This document shows, in pieces, positions 22,556 to 34,084 of a DNA stretch of 34,979 nt (position 1 is its first letter; every line of letters begins with the position of its first letter). Source of the DNA: Chiloscyllium plagiosum (taxonomy: Eukaryota). A program made the position numbers and the translations under genes. The stretch is from the NCBI RefSeq assembly GCF_004010195.1, contig NC_057711.1, forward strand, positions 69,381,850 through 69,416,828, read 5' to 3'. Below the pieces are notes generated by a model that was given only the letters and a program-made list of their open reading frames with translations, was not told the origin of the DNA and made no database searches.

Positions 22556-25524
22556 AAATAAATAAATGTATTTAAATATATAAAATGAAAAAGAGTGGCT
22601 AAAGTAAACATTGGCCCTTGAGAGGATGAGAAGGGAAATTTTAGATGTGGGATATGATGAAATGGCCAAGGCATTGGACAGGTATTTTGTCTCAGTTTTC
22701 ACATGGAGAACACTAATAACATGCCAGTAATTTACAAAGAAACAAAGGTAAGTGAGGACCTGGAAACAATCATTATTATGGAAGAAGTAGTGTTGGGTGA
22801 GCTAATGGAGCTAAGGATGGATAAGTCATAAAATCATAGAGATGTACAACACAGAAACAGACTCTTCGGTCCTACCTGTCCATACCGACCAGATATCCCA
22901 ACCCAATCTAGACCCCACCTGCCAGCACCTGGCCCAAATCCCTCCAAACCCTTTCTATTCATGTACCCATCCAGAAGCCTTTTAAATGTTGCAATTGTAC
23001 CAGCCTTCACCACATCCTCTGGCAGCTCATTCCATACAAGTACCACCCTCTGCATGAAAACATTGCCCCTTCGGTCTCTTTTATATCTTTCCCGTCTCAC
23101 CCTAAACCTATGCCCTCTAATTTTGGGCACCCCCACCCGAGGGAAAAGACTTTGTCTATTTACCCTATCCATGCCCCTCATGATTTTATAAACCTCTATA
23201 AGGTCGCCCCTCAGCTTCTGACACTCCAGCCTATTCGACCTCTCTCCATAGCTCAAATCCTCCAACCCTGGCAACATCCTTGTAAATCTTTTCTGAACCC
23301 TTCCAAACTTCACAACATCTTTCCGATAGGAAGAGACCAGAATTGCATGCAATATTCCAACAGTGGCCTAACCAATATCCTAAACAGCCGCATCATGACC
23401 TCCCAACTCCTGTACTCAATACTCTGACCAATAAAAGAAAGCATACCAAACGCCTTCTTCACTATCCTATCTACCTGCGACTCCACATTCAAGGAGCTAT
23501 GAACCTGTACTCCAAGGTCTCTTTGTTCAACAACACTACCTAGGATCTTCCCATTAAGTGTATAAGTCCTACTAAGATTTGCTTTCCCAAAATGTAGCAC
23601 CTCACATTTATCTGAATTAAACTCCATCTGCCACTTCTAAGCCCATTGGCCCATCTGGTCAAGATCCTATTGTAATCTGAGGTAGCCCTCTTCACTGTCA
23701 ACTACACTTCCAATTTTGGTGTCATCTGCAGACTTACTAACTGTACCTCTTATGCTCGCATCCAAATCATTTATGTAAATGACGAAAAATAGAGGACCCA
23801 GCACCGATCCTTTGGCACTCCACTGGTCACAGGACTCCAGTCTGAAAAACAACCCTCCACCACCACCCTCTGTCTTCTATCTTTGAGCCAGATCCGTATC
23901 CAAATGGCTAGTTCTCCCTGTATTCCACTTTCACACGTTTCAAGACATCCAGCACTTCCTTGTCTGTATTATGGGCATTTTTCAAGATGTCTCCTGGCCC
24001 TGATGGAATGCATCCCAGGTATTACAAGAGATGGCGGGAGAAATAGCAGGTGCACTAGCGGTAATTTTCAAAAATTCGCTTAACTCTGGAGCAGTCCCAG
24101 CAGATTGGAAAACAGCAAATGTGATGCCACTGTTTAAAAAGGGAGGTTGACAAAAGATGGGGACTTATAGACCGGTTAGCTTAACCTCTGTCATAGGGAA
24201 GTTGCTTGAATCTATTATCAAGGAAGAAATAGCAAGGCATCTTGATAGAAATTGCCCCATTGGGCAGACGCAGCATCGGTTCATGAAGGGCAAGTCATGC
24301 TTGACAAGTCTTTTGGAATTCTATGAAGACATTACGAGCAAGGTGGGCAATGGGGACCCAATGGTTGTGGTGTACCTAGATTTCCAAAGGCCTTTGACTA
24401 TGTGCTGCACAATAGGCTGCTGCATAAGATAAGGATGCATGGCGTTAGGGGTAAAGTATTAGCATGGATAGAGGATTAGTTGACTAATAAGAAGCAAAGA
24501 GTGGGGATAAATGAGTGCTATTCTGGCTGGCTATCTGTGACTAGTGGTGTGCCTCAGAGGTTATTTACAATTTATTATTTACAAATTATATCGATGATTT
24601 AGCGTTGGGGACCACGTGTAGGGTGTCAAAGTTTGCAGATGACACTAAGATGAGTGGCAGAACAAAGTGTGCAGAGGACTGTCAAACTTGGCAGAGGAAC
24701 ATTGAGTGAGTGGGCAAAGGCCTGGTAGATGGAATACAATGTTAATAAATGGTAGGAGTAACAGTAAAAAGGATTATTACTTGAATTGTAAAAAATTGGA
24801 GCATATTGCTAGGTGTCCTTGAGCATAAAAAACATAGGTTGGTCTGCAGGTACAACAAGTAATTAGGAAGGCAAATGGAATTTTGTCCTTCATTGCTAAA
24901 AGGATTGAGTTTAAAAGCAGGGAGGTTATGTTGCAGCTATACAAGGTGCTGGTGAGTGCACACCTGGAGTACTGTGTGCAGTTTTGGTCTCCTTGAGAAA
25001 GGATGTACTGGCACTGGAGGGAGTGCAGAGGTGGTTCACTTGGTTGATTCTGGAATTGAGGGGGTTAGCTTATAAGGAGAGACTGAGTAAATTGGGATTA
25101 TATTCATCGGAATTTAGAAGAATGAGGGTGTATCTTATAGAAACATATAGAATTATGAAGGGAATAGATAAGATAGAAGTAGAGAGGATGTTTCCACTGG
25201 CAGGTGAAGCTAGGACAAGAGGGCATAGCCTCAAGATTAGAGGGAACAGATTTAGGACTGGATTGAGAGGAACTTCTTCACCCCGAGGGTTGTGAATCTA
25301 TAGAATTCCTTGCCCAGTGAAGTAGTTGATGCTACTTCAGTAAATGTTTTTAAAACTAAGGTAGATGTTTTTGAACAATAAAGTAATTAAGGGATATGGT
25401 GAGAATGGAGTTAAATGGATCTGAGTTCACAAAAAGATCAGCCATGATCTTATTGAATGGCGAAGCAGGCGTGAAGGATTGGATGGCCTACTCTTGCTCC
25501 TATTCCTTATGTTATTATTTATGT
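22556..25524 (+). mobile_element. 5'-truncated CR1 LINE nested in the minus-strand CR1 and itself split by a HER1 copy
   Basis: PGPDGMHP, YRPVSLTSVIGKLLES, YLDFQ, KFADDTK and TRGHSLKI. Tail CCTATTCCTTATGTT..ATGTTCTTAT. Confidence 0.9.
22826..23988 (-). mobile_element. HER1-type CR1 LINE 3' portion (internal deletion near 23927)
   Basis: GSVLGPLFFVIYINDLD, ADDTKIG, MEFNSDKCEVLHFGK and LVRPLLEYCMQFWS. Tail antisense TCATAGAGATGTACA. Confidence 0.92.
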
Positions 25525-26312
25525 TCTTATCAATGATTAAGGTCAGGCTAGCCAGCCTATAGTTTCCTGTCTTATGCCTTCCTCCCTTCTTAACAATGAT
25601 GTTGCAATAGCCATTTTCCAGTCCCATGGTGCATTCCTTTACTCCAGCAATGGCTCCATAATCTCCTCAGCTATCTCTTTCAGAACCCTGGAACGTAGTC
25701 CATCTGGTCTAGGTAATGTATCCACCTTCAGACCTTTCAGCTTCCCAGCACCTTCTTCATAGTGATACCCACTACACTAACTCTGCTCCCTGACTATCTT
25801 GACGTTCTGGTATGCCACTGGTGTCTTCCACTGAGAAAACTGATGCAAAGTACCTAGTCAGTTCCTCCAGATTTCTTTTTTCCCCATTACTAATTTTCTA
25901 CATCATCTCCACTCTTGTCTTTTATATATCTGAAAAAAATTCTTGTCATCTTCTTCTATATCCATGGCTAGCTTACCCTCATATTTTATCTTCTCCCCTC
26001 TTATTGCGTTTTTAGTTATCCTCTGCTGATTTTTAAATCCAATGGCTTACACTAATCTTCACCACATTGTATGCTTTTTCTTTTGCTTTCATGCTGTTTC
26101 TGAATTTGCTTGACAGCCACAGTTACCTCATCCTCCCCTTAGTATTTTTATCTTCTTCCTTGAGATGAATTTCTGCTGTGCCTTCCAAATTACCCCCAGA
26201 GACTCCTGCCATGGCTGCTCCATTGTTTTCCCTGCTAGACGTCCCTTCTAATCAATTCGGAACAGCTCCTCTCTCATGAGTTTGTAGTTACCTTTACTGA
26301 ATTGTAGTACAG

Positions 26313-26407
26313 AGCTGGAAATGTGTTGCTGGAAAAGCGCAGCAGGTCAGGCAGCATCCAGGGAACAGGAGAATCGACGTTTCGGGCATAAGCCCTTCTT
26401 CAGGAAT
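26313..26407 (-). mobile_element. Minimal Penelope family A 3' insertion consisting of hammerhead motif plus tail
   Basis: Nearly identical to 20147-20240. TSD GAATTGTAGTACAG at 26299-26312 and 26404-26417. Confidence 0.9.
26372..26407 (-). ncRNA. Minimal type I hammerhead ribozyme motif (PLE family A)
   Basis: ATTC-CTGAAGA-A-GGGC(ttat)GCCC-GAAAC-GTC/GATT. Confidence 0.75.
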
Positions 26408-26774
26408 TGTAGTACAGTTACATCTGATTCCACCTTCTTTGCATCAAACTGCAGGGTTAGTTCTATCATATTATGGTCACTCTATATCCTCGCAGTCCTT
26501 TCATCTTAAGCTTCCTGATCAAGCCTGCCTCATGACACATCACCAAATCCAAAATTGTCTGTTCCTAAGTGAACTCTACCACAAGCTGCTCTAAAACAAA
26601 TTTTGTAGACATTGCGCGAATAACTTTTCTTGAAATTGGCTACCAAACCTGATTTTCCCAGTTTACCTGCATAATGAAGTACCCCATGATTATTGTAATA
26701 ATGCTTTTCTTTCATACTTTTTCAATCTTCTGATTTATTCCCCACCGTCTGACTATTGCTAGGAGCCTTAGATA

Positions 26775-26853
26775 CTTTTGCCTGAAACGTTGATTTTCCT
26801 GCTCCTCAGATGCTGCCTGACCTGCTGTGCTTTTCCAGCACCACTCTAATCTT
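26775..26853 (+). mobile_element. Penelope family A-like 3' fragment (3' half of the hammerhead only)
   Basis: GCCTGAAACGTTGATTTTCCTGCTCCTCAGATGCTGCCTGACCTGCTGTGCTTTTCCAGCA resembles 20167-20226. Confidence 0.85.
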
Positions 26854-27044
26854 GCCTGTAGAAAACTCCTATCAGGGTCTTTTCTTCATTTGCCATTCCT
26901 CAACTCTACTTGCAGAGATTCTACTATGTCTTCCACATAGTAGCACATCTTGCTATCAATTTAATTTTATTTCCTGTTAACAAGGCAACCCTTCCCCCCC
27001 CCCCCCGTGCCATCTGCATGCCCTTTTGATAGGATATGTATTTA

Positions 27045-28037
27045 TAAAATTAACTGTTCTCACATTATTGTCCAGCATTTCCTGTAAATTGGCAAGCACA
27101 TTATTAGTAACAATATCTCCCTCTGTATGTTACACAGCATCCCTTTGCTTTTAGGATGACTGTTTTCATATATGTCACTGCTCCACTGTCACTCTCTGTC
27201 ATTCACTGAACTCCCACCTATGCAGATTCTAACACGCTTTGACCACAAAATTCCATGTTTAGCCATGAAGCTGACTAGTGGTCAGAAATCTCTTCAGCTG
27301 TAGCGTGATTAGGTAGTGTTTTGCAACTCAAAATGCTCTTATATCTTGACTATCCTAAAATAAATCAAGGTTGCCATATCCGTAGGTTAATCCAGTACAG
27401 ACCAAAATGATTGCTACTAAATATTTAATTTACAAATTTAGTCAGAATGCTATCAGTCATGTCAGCGATGCAGTGTGTGACAGTGTCATTGACAATGGTA
27501 CAGTTTCAACAGCCTTTATGGTTTTCTCTCCAGTTATAGTACCAACTGCATTTCTGCCTGCAGATGCTATTGATTTCTTGACTACAGAATGACGCTTCCT
27601 GACTTTGCATTACGATAACTTCCCAGATATGATCCTTCAAGGGCCTTTGACATTGACTGAAACAGAGCCTAAGTCTTTCTTGCTAGTCAAAAGTTGTGAT
27701 GACGCTTTTTCGAAACGTTTTCATGGTGTGTCTTTGTATCAAAAATGCCTATGTTAAAAAATGTATTTTTCCCCATAGACTACACAGTAGCTGAGGATAG
27801 TTATTGGGTCTGGTTCAAGAGAGTCCTATCTCAATGTATTTTCCATTAAACTTAAGCTTCTTTTATCTTGTTTTATGTTAGTTCCTGTTTTGCTTCACAA
27901 GTCTAGAGAGGAGCACAGACATGGAATCAGTCATTACTTCTGTTGTGCCCACGATAATCCTACTGTAGCTTGTAGTTTCATTCTCACTGCTGGTGGCTTT
28001 TTTGAAAAACACTCCCTGATTTTAGCCATCTCTCCAT
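27045..28037 (-). pseudogene. hAT transposase N-terminal half (BED-finger region, first catalytic motifs)
   Basis: MERWLKSG..., KKLKFNGKYIEIGLS..PQLLC, ALEGSYLGSYRNAKSG, GEKTIKAVETVPLS/NDTVTHCIADM, LD*PTD, CKTLPNHATAEEI, HGILWSKRVRICIGG, CNIQRE, QEMLDNNVRTVNFI. Confidence 0.85.
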
Positions 28038-29199
28038 TTTAAAGGGTTATATCCTCAATTACACGATATTGTATAGTTACTTTGTATAATTACACTATAC
28101 AACTGGAAAAGTTTCAGTCAAAAAGCTTCAAAGGAACAAACAGTTTGATTCGATGTTTTATGCTCATTATCTATTAACAGTACAGTAATTTTTAATTTTT
28201 GTATTTATTGTACTCAGTGGTATATTTGGGAATAAAGGTAAATACTCTATAGCTAAATTTTAAGAAAATGAACCTAATTACAACACTTTGACAACATAGT
28301 TATAAAACATTTCCTAGTTCATGGACATATTGATGAATTTAAAACAAAATTTTAAATTTAGTTTAATTTAACTAAAAGTTAGCTTCTCTCAAGTAACTCC
28401 AACAGTCATCTGCTGAGCCCCAGAGCGGCCAAACGCTACTTTGGAACCACTGTTCTTGTGAAAAGCTTAATTGTGTCTCTCATACCCCTGAAAATTGAAT
28501 TCTCCTGTTGTGGCACATTTTTCAAACATAATTCTTTTCTTATTTAATATATTTTACATGACAATAAAAAGGATTTTACTTCTACATTTTAATCCCACTT
28601 AAAATTGAAGTAAATACAGTCGATGGTAGTCAGAATTCAAAAAGTTAATCTTACCAGAGATTCACTTACATCTCAAACGTTTGGATGCTTGATTATAAAA
28701 GAGGGGTGAGAAGTGATTGATAGCCCAGCTGTATAGAGAATAATCTATGAGAAAATGTCAAAAGTGTCATCTGGGTTAACTGTGCAGAGTCACCTATCCT
28801 AACCTTGCCATTTGCCAGGATTTATAAATAAAGGCCACCATTAGAACTGCCTCTGCCAATTAGAGTTAATCCTGCCTTAAATGAGAAATGTCTTTGGAGG
28901 TTTTAGCATAAATTGCCCACTGATGATGCACAAATTAAAAATAATTTATTAGTAGAACCCAAAGGAATTCATTGCCTCTCCTTTATCCTTTTGAACTTTT
29001 TTTATGACTTCAATAGTGCATTATATTGCCCTTGCTTTACTCCACAAGAAACTGACATGTTTACAGTGTATCAATGCACAATGTTCATGTAATTGCTCTT
29101 GGTGCAATAAAGGTTTTTATTTCTCCACAGTAGTTGTGCCAAACTAAGTAACAAATTGTACACGCCATTTATAGCCTGCAGGGAGCTCCTTAACTTGAA

Positions 29200-29390
29200 T
29201 TCTGGGCACCTGATACTTGCTTTGCCCTACCATTGTCAGCTATGACTTCAGGTATCTAGAAAATATTGGAAATCCCTACCTCTCCTTTAACACAATCTTT
29301 AAAAACTAGCTCTTTACAAAACGTTTTGGTCACCTGTCGCCTGTGAAGTTCCTTGGTACTATACATGTTCCATGCTGTCATATGTAGCCT
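29200..29390 (+). mobile_element. Old L2 LINE 3' end
   Basis: TCCTTTAACACAATCTTTAAAAACTAGCTCTTT..TTTTGGTCACCTG..CCTGTGAAGTTCCTTGG resembles the L2 terminus. Confidence 0.55.
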
Positions 29391-29436
29391 ATATACGGAG
29401 AGAATTTACATTAATTTATATGAAGTATCAGCAAAT

Positions 29437-29530
29437 AATTCTGATGAAAGATCATCAACCCGAAATGTTAACTCTGTTTCTGTCTCCACACTTTCTGCCA
29501 GTTCTGCTGAGGCATTTACATTTATTTCTT
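29437..29530 (+). mobile_element. Old Penelope-like 3' fragment with degenerate hammerhead motif
   Basis: AATT-CTGATGA-AAGATCATCAACCC-GAAATGTT-AACT followed by CTGTTTCTGTCTCCACA..CTGCTGAG. Confidence 0.6.
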
Positions 29531-29725
29531 TGACAAAGAAAAATGTCTGAAGGTGCCAGAAAGGAATAAAGGCATGCCAAGATATAGAAAGACCAGAAGG
29601 ACAGTGATAAGGGGAGATGGGATTAAAAGACAGAAAGGTGAGAGGCAAAAAAGTTCAGGGAAAGATTATGTGAGCACAGAGCAATAGCAACTAAAAGGAC
29701 AGCTACCAATTATGGGATAAATGGA

Positions 29726-30964
29726 AGTCATAGAGTTATAGAGATGTACAGTATGGAAACAGACCCTTCAGTCAAACTCGTCCATGCTGACCAGATATCC
29801 TAAATTAATCTAGTTCCATTTGACAGCACTTGGCCTATATCCCTTTAAACTCTTTCTATTCATGTACCCATCCTTTTAAATGTTGTAATTATACTAGCCT
29901 CCACCTCTTTCTCTGGGCAGCTCATTCCATACATGCACCACCTTCTGCATGAAAAAGTTCCCCCTTAGGTTTCTTTTAAATCTTTCCCCTCTCATCCTAA
30001 ATCTATGTCCTTTAGTTCTGGACTTCCCCATCCTGGGAAAAGACCTTGACTATTTATCCTATCCATGCCCCTCATGATTTTATAAACCTCTATAAGGTCA
30101 CCGCTCAGCCTTCAATGCTCCAGGGAAAACAACCCCATCCTATTCAGCCTCTCCCTATAGCTCAAATCTTCCAAGCCTGGCAACATGCTTGTAAATCTTT
30201 TCTGAACCCTCTGAAGTTTCACTACATCCTTCTAATAGAAGGGAGACCATAATGGCACACAGTTTTCCAAAAGTGGCTTAAGCAATGACCTGTATGGCCA
30301 CAACGTGACCTCCCACTGTATTCTAACAGATGAAAGGCTTAACAGACAATCAATTTTTCAATGTATAATTTCAGTTACATCACACTGCAAATTTTTGCTA
30401 TAAATTCTGTGTTACGATCGAGCCCTCCACAATCACCTGATGAAGGAGCGTCGCTCCAAAAGCTAGTGTGCTTCCAATTAAACCTGTTGGACTATAACCT
30501 GGTACTGTGTGATTTTTAACTTTGTACACCCTAGTCCAACACCGGCATCTCCAAATCATCCCAATTCCTTGTACTCAATGCACTGACCAATAAAGAAAAG
30601 CATATCAAATGCTTTCTTCACTATTCTATCTACTTGCGACTCTACTTTCAAGGAACTATGAACCTGCATTCAAGATCTCTTTGTTCAGCAACACTCCCCA
30701 GGATCTTATCATCAAGTCTATATCCTGCCCTGATTTGCCTTTCCAAAATGTAGCACCTCACATTTATCTAAATTAAACTGCATCTGCCATTCCCCAGCCC
30801 ATTGGCTCATCTGATCAAGATCCCATTGTACTCTTGCGGTAGCCTTCTTCACTGTCTACTACACCTCCAATTTTGCTGTCATCTGCAAACTTACTAACTG
30901 TACTTCCTATGATCACACCTAAATCATTTATATAAATGGCGAAAGGCAGAGGACCCAGCCAATC
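29726..30964 (-). mobile_element. HER1-type CR1 LINE 3' portion
   Basis: LGPLPFAIYINDL and SKFADDSKIGG. Close similarity to 22826-23810. Confidence 0.92.
30316..30558 (+). mobile_element. Penelope family B 3' fragment nested in HER1, with hammerhead motif (GAAA mutated to AAAA) at 30434-30468
   Basis: Similar to 20280-20520. TSD TCCCA at 30311-30315 and 30559-30563. Confidence 0.85.
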
Positions 30965-33118
30965 TTTCATATTGTACGCAAATAATGTTCTGGCATACAC
31001 TCACAGGTTTTTTGTTTAAATGTATAAATCTGTGATTCATTTTATGAATATCATGCATGCTTTCTTGGGAATTCTCACAACAAATATCTTGAAACAATTT
31101 GTGCACCAACACTCTTTGAGAGACAACAAAGACTATGTAGAAACAGAATGACTGACTGTCTCTTCTACCCTTTTAATAAATGAGTTGCTATACCTATTCA
31201 AAGGTTTAAATCTAGTGTTTTGACATTATTGTGTGTACAATCTCTTTACTTCACTAAACTCATCCTAATTGTTTTCATGATGTGTTTGGTTAGAAGCAGG
31301 ATTTACAGTAAAGGGATGTAATCTTCCAGAGTAGGCATTCCCTTTTAAGTTGTATTCTCCTGAAAGGAAGGAAAGAATTAACATGAAATTGCAACTATCT
31401 ATGTATCTGGCCTTGTATCTATGCCAATACAACAAATTATCCTGATCTTATTGGTAAATAGCAGCAAGATCCTGACTCTTTTGCCTCATTTTAATCAGCT
31501 TTGCCATTGTTGTTTGAAATATACATAAGACAACCATTCTTCATGATCTGAATAATCTTTGCCAGTGTGGTTTTCTTTAAACTGGTGAATTTCTCATTTT
31601 GAATCAGATATAATACATCCTCGATTAAACAGCTAGGATTCCCCTTGCCATCATCTAGGGTTGTGGTTTTCGCTGCGCAAACTATTGCAATACTATTCCT
31701 ACCATGCAACATAATGTAAGAAGGTCACAAGTGGATTTGCAAGTGATCGGTTTTCTGTGCATATTTGTATATTTTATCAGAAATTGTAACAATTTGCAAA
31801 TGGTTTTATTATTTTATTTCAGGTCATTTTTATCAACACAGCAAATTTTGTTTCTCATGCACTTTCCTCTTGGAATCCTGTGCCAGAACTAAGCCCTATT
31901 GAGCCATCTGCTGAGAAGTCAATCAAAACCATAAGGCTTTCTCTCAGTAATATAGCCTTTCTAATTCTGCAAGTGCTGGTTAAAGTAAAGCAAATCCACT
32001 AATTTCACAGTCCCACTGTTTTGAGTGGGGAGGACAAAAACTTTGCATAATTAATGAATGGTTTTAATGATGGTTCCAGTGGAGTAGTAAAACTAGCCTA
32101 GATCAATCACACACAATTTCCACCCAAATGTCATAGATGCAGAAATACTGTAGTTCAAATTTTCAGGAAATTGTAGGTCATTACAGAATAAAATGATGGT
32201 CAAGTTACTCACGATACACCAGAGACCCAGTATGTTTCCTGGATTAATAGGATGAAGGTCTCCACTGCTTGCTAGATTTTTCATCTTGGCCATCACTGGA
32301 GTAATGTTTTAGATATTTCTATAACTAGGCAGAAACACTAATGGCGGTACGGCCTCCAAGCCCTAAACATCTAGTCTCAGCTGTAGGCAGAGCACAATAT
32401 ACATAAATCCTCTAAAATAAATAAAATTCTTTTGAGAGGTATTAAATCAGACATAGAAAATTTTCAGTAGTATTTAAAGTGGATTTGTATGGTGACCTCA
32501 ACCTTCACTGGTAGACATGTTCCTTCAGCTATCATTCGTGATTTACCATCTCATAGGATAGTATATTTATACTTTGTTTTTCCTTTTTTTGCTCTTTGGC
32601 CACTAGAGACAAAAGGATTATGATGTTATGATGTTATTGTATTTCTCAAGTGATTGCAGAAAAGTGAAAAAGTCCAGTCAGGCTGATAACTGTTGATTTG
32701 AAAAGACCGTTTTCTCTTTCTGGAGAATAATGCTGACCTTCATTTGGAAAGGTAACAGTATGTCTTCATGGTGCAGAGTATTGTAGCATTCTGGAAGCTC
32801 CAGGCTTCAGGCAAGATGCAAGTTGGTATTATAATACTTGGTAAAGGTTAATGATTTAATGATTAAGGTAAGATGCTAAAGTAAATGTATAACAGATTTT
32901 TCTCCTTCACTGGAACTGAATCAAAACACCATTAAGACATTGGATGGCCAGAAAAAAATGAATTTGTGAGGAAAGAGAAAACCATCATTCAAGGTAAAAT
33001 ATTTAAGAGGTGACTTGAGGCTATTGTATGAATAAATTCTGGTATTTTAATTAGGGGATTATTACCTCCGAGAAATTGTGCCCAGTGGTTTCAGTTCAAG
33101 TCTTTTCTGAAGGAGTAC

Positions 33119-34054
33119 TGTGACGAATGTTTGTGATGTTATATTATTTCTTCAGGAGGGTGAAACAGTAGTTTTGATTTAATTTTAGAATATAAATTTG
33201 AGTGTTGTGCATCATTGTTTGGAGTTTACTTGCATGTTTTAAATGAGGTCTTTAAAAAATTTACCTTTGAGGTGAATAGAGTTAGAAAATGCTTGGGAGA
33301 AGAGGCAATGTATTCTGTGACACAGAGACAGAAAAAGGCTTCTTTTTTAGAAAAAGAACATCTCCAGAAGATTAGTGAAAGTGCAGGGATTTTATTTCAA
33401 AGAAACAAGCATGTGACTCAGAAACACAAGGCCTGGAAAAGAAGCAGTTTAGGTTAGTAGTTAACAGTCATGGCAGACAAAAAGAGGGGCTGAGTGACTT
33501 AGAAGTTAATGAGAGAAAAGCTTCAAAAACAAAAGTTTTAAAGGTGCCAGCAAGGAAGCTATTCCACAAGACTTTCGAATACATCAGCTGAAGGAACACA
33601 TGTTAAGATGTAAGTAAGCAATGTTAGCAATTAGTTTCGGGGTTTTATGAGGAGTCATTAATGAAAGAAGGTAACAGCAAGTGAATGCAGCAGTTTGCCA
33701 GCAAGAAACTGAGTACAGCCAACTGAACAAGAAGCTTTTAAAATCGAAGCAGGGAGTTCCTTCACTGAGGTCTGAGTATCTGTAAGGTTGCTGAAGGTAA
33801 AAGGTCGAAACTTTATTTCTGATGTTTGGACATTTCTGTTTCCATTAGTTCTTCTGTAAAACAGTTTCTGTTTCTTTTCCATTTATGTGTAATATGTTCT
33901 TTTGTAAAATTACATTGGCTGCCCCTAGTGAATATGTTCATTGACTGAGCACCAGAATAAATAAAAATAGCAAATATTAAATTTATGCCTGTCAAGTCAA
34001 GTTTCTATCTGGGATCTGCTTCATCCATTATTACCATCAGTTGGAAGCAGAACA
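33119..34054 (+). mobile_element. Probable solo LTR (Gypsy-like)
   Basis: Begins TGTGACGA and ends GAACA (TG...CA), with AATAAA at 33956. The 4-bp flanks GTAC/ATAT differ by two transitions. The 3' end resembles shark LTR termini as I recall them. Confidence 0.4.
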
Positions 34055-34084
34055 ATATTTTAATCAAAATGAAGTATAATGTTA

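Larger units (their letters stand above)
21268..27038 (-). mobile_element. CR1 LINE (ORF2), split into about 21268-22555 and 25531-27038 by a second CR1
   Basis: RT motifs (QGSVFG, KLIDD) in the left piece. GNYRLASLTL and the endonuclease region in the right piece. The sequence is continuous across the TCTTAT duplication (22550-22555 / 25525-25530). Confidence 0.88.
17945..28452 (-). mobile_element. Ancient hAT (Buster/Charlie-group) DNA transposon, fragmented by nested insertions
   Basis: 5' terminus CAGTGGTTCCAAAG at 28452 is a Charlie-type TIR. Collinear transposase pieces lie at about 28037-27045, 21266-20858, 20680-20521 and 18268-17945. The second TIR was not found. Confidence 0.85.

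Noticed and set aside
27696..27720. Hammerhead-like TGATGA...GAAACGTT
   Set aside because: It lacks the core C and a stem II, and lies antisense within the hAT coding remnant.
31491..31712. 73-aa minus-strand ORF in unique DNA
   Set aside because: It has no true ATG start, recognisable motif or convincing splice boundaries.
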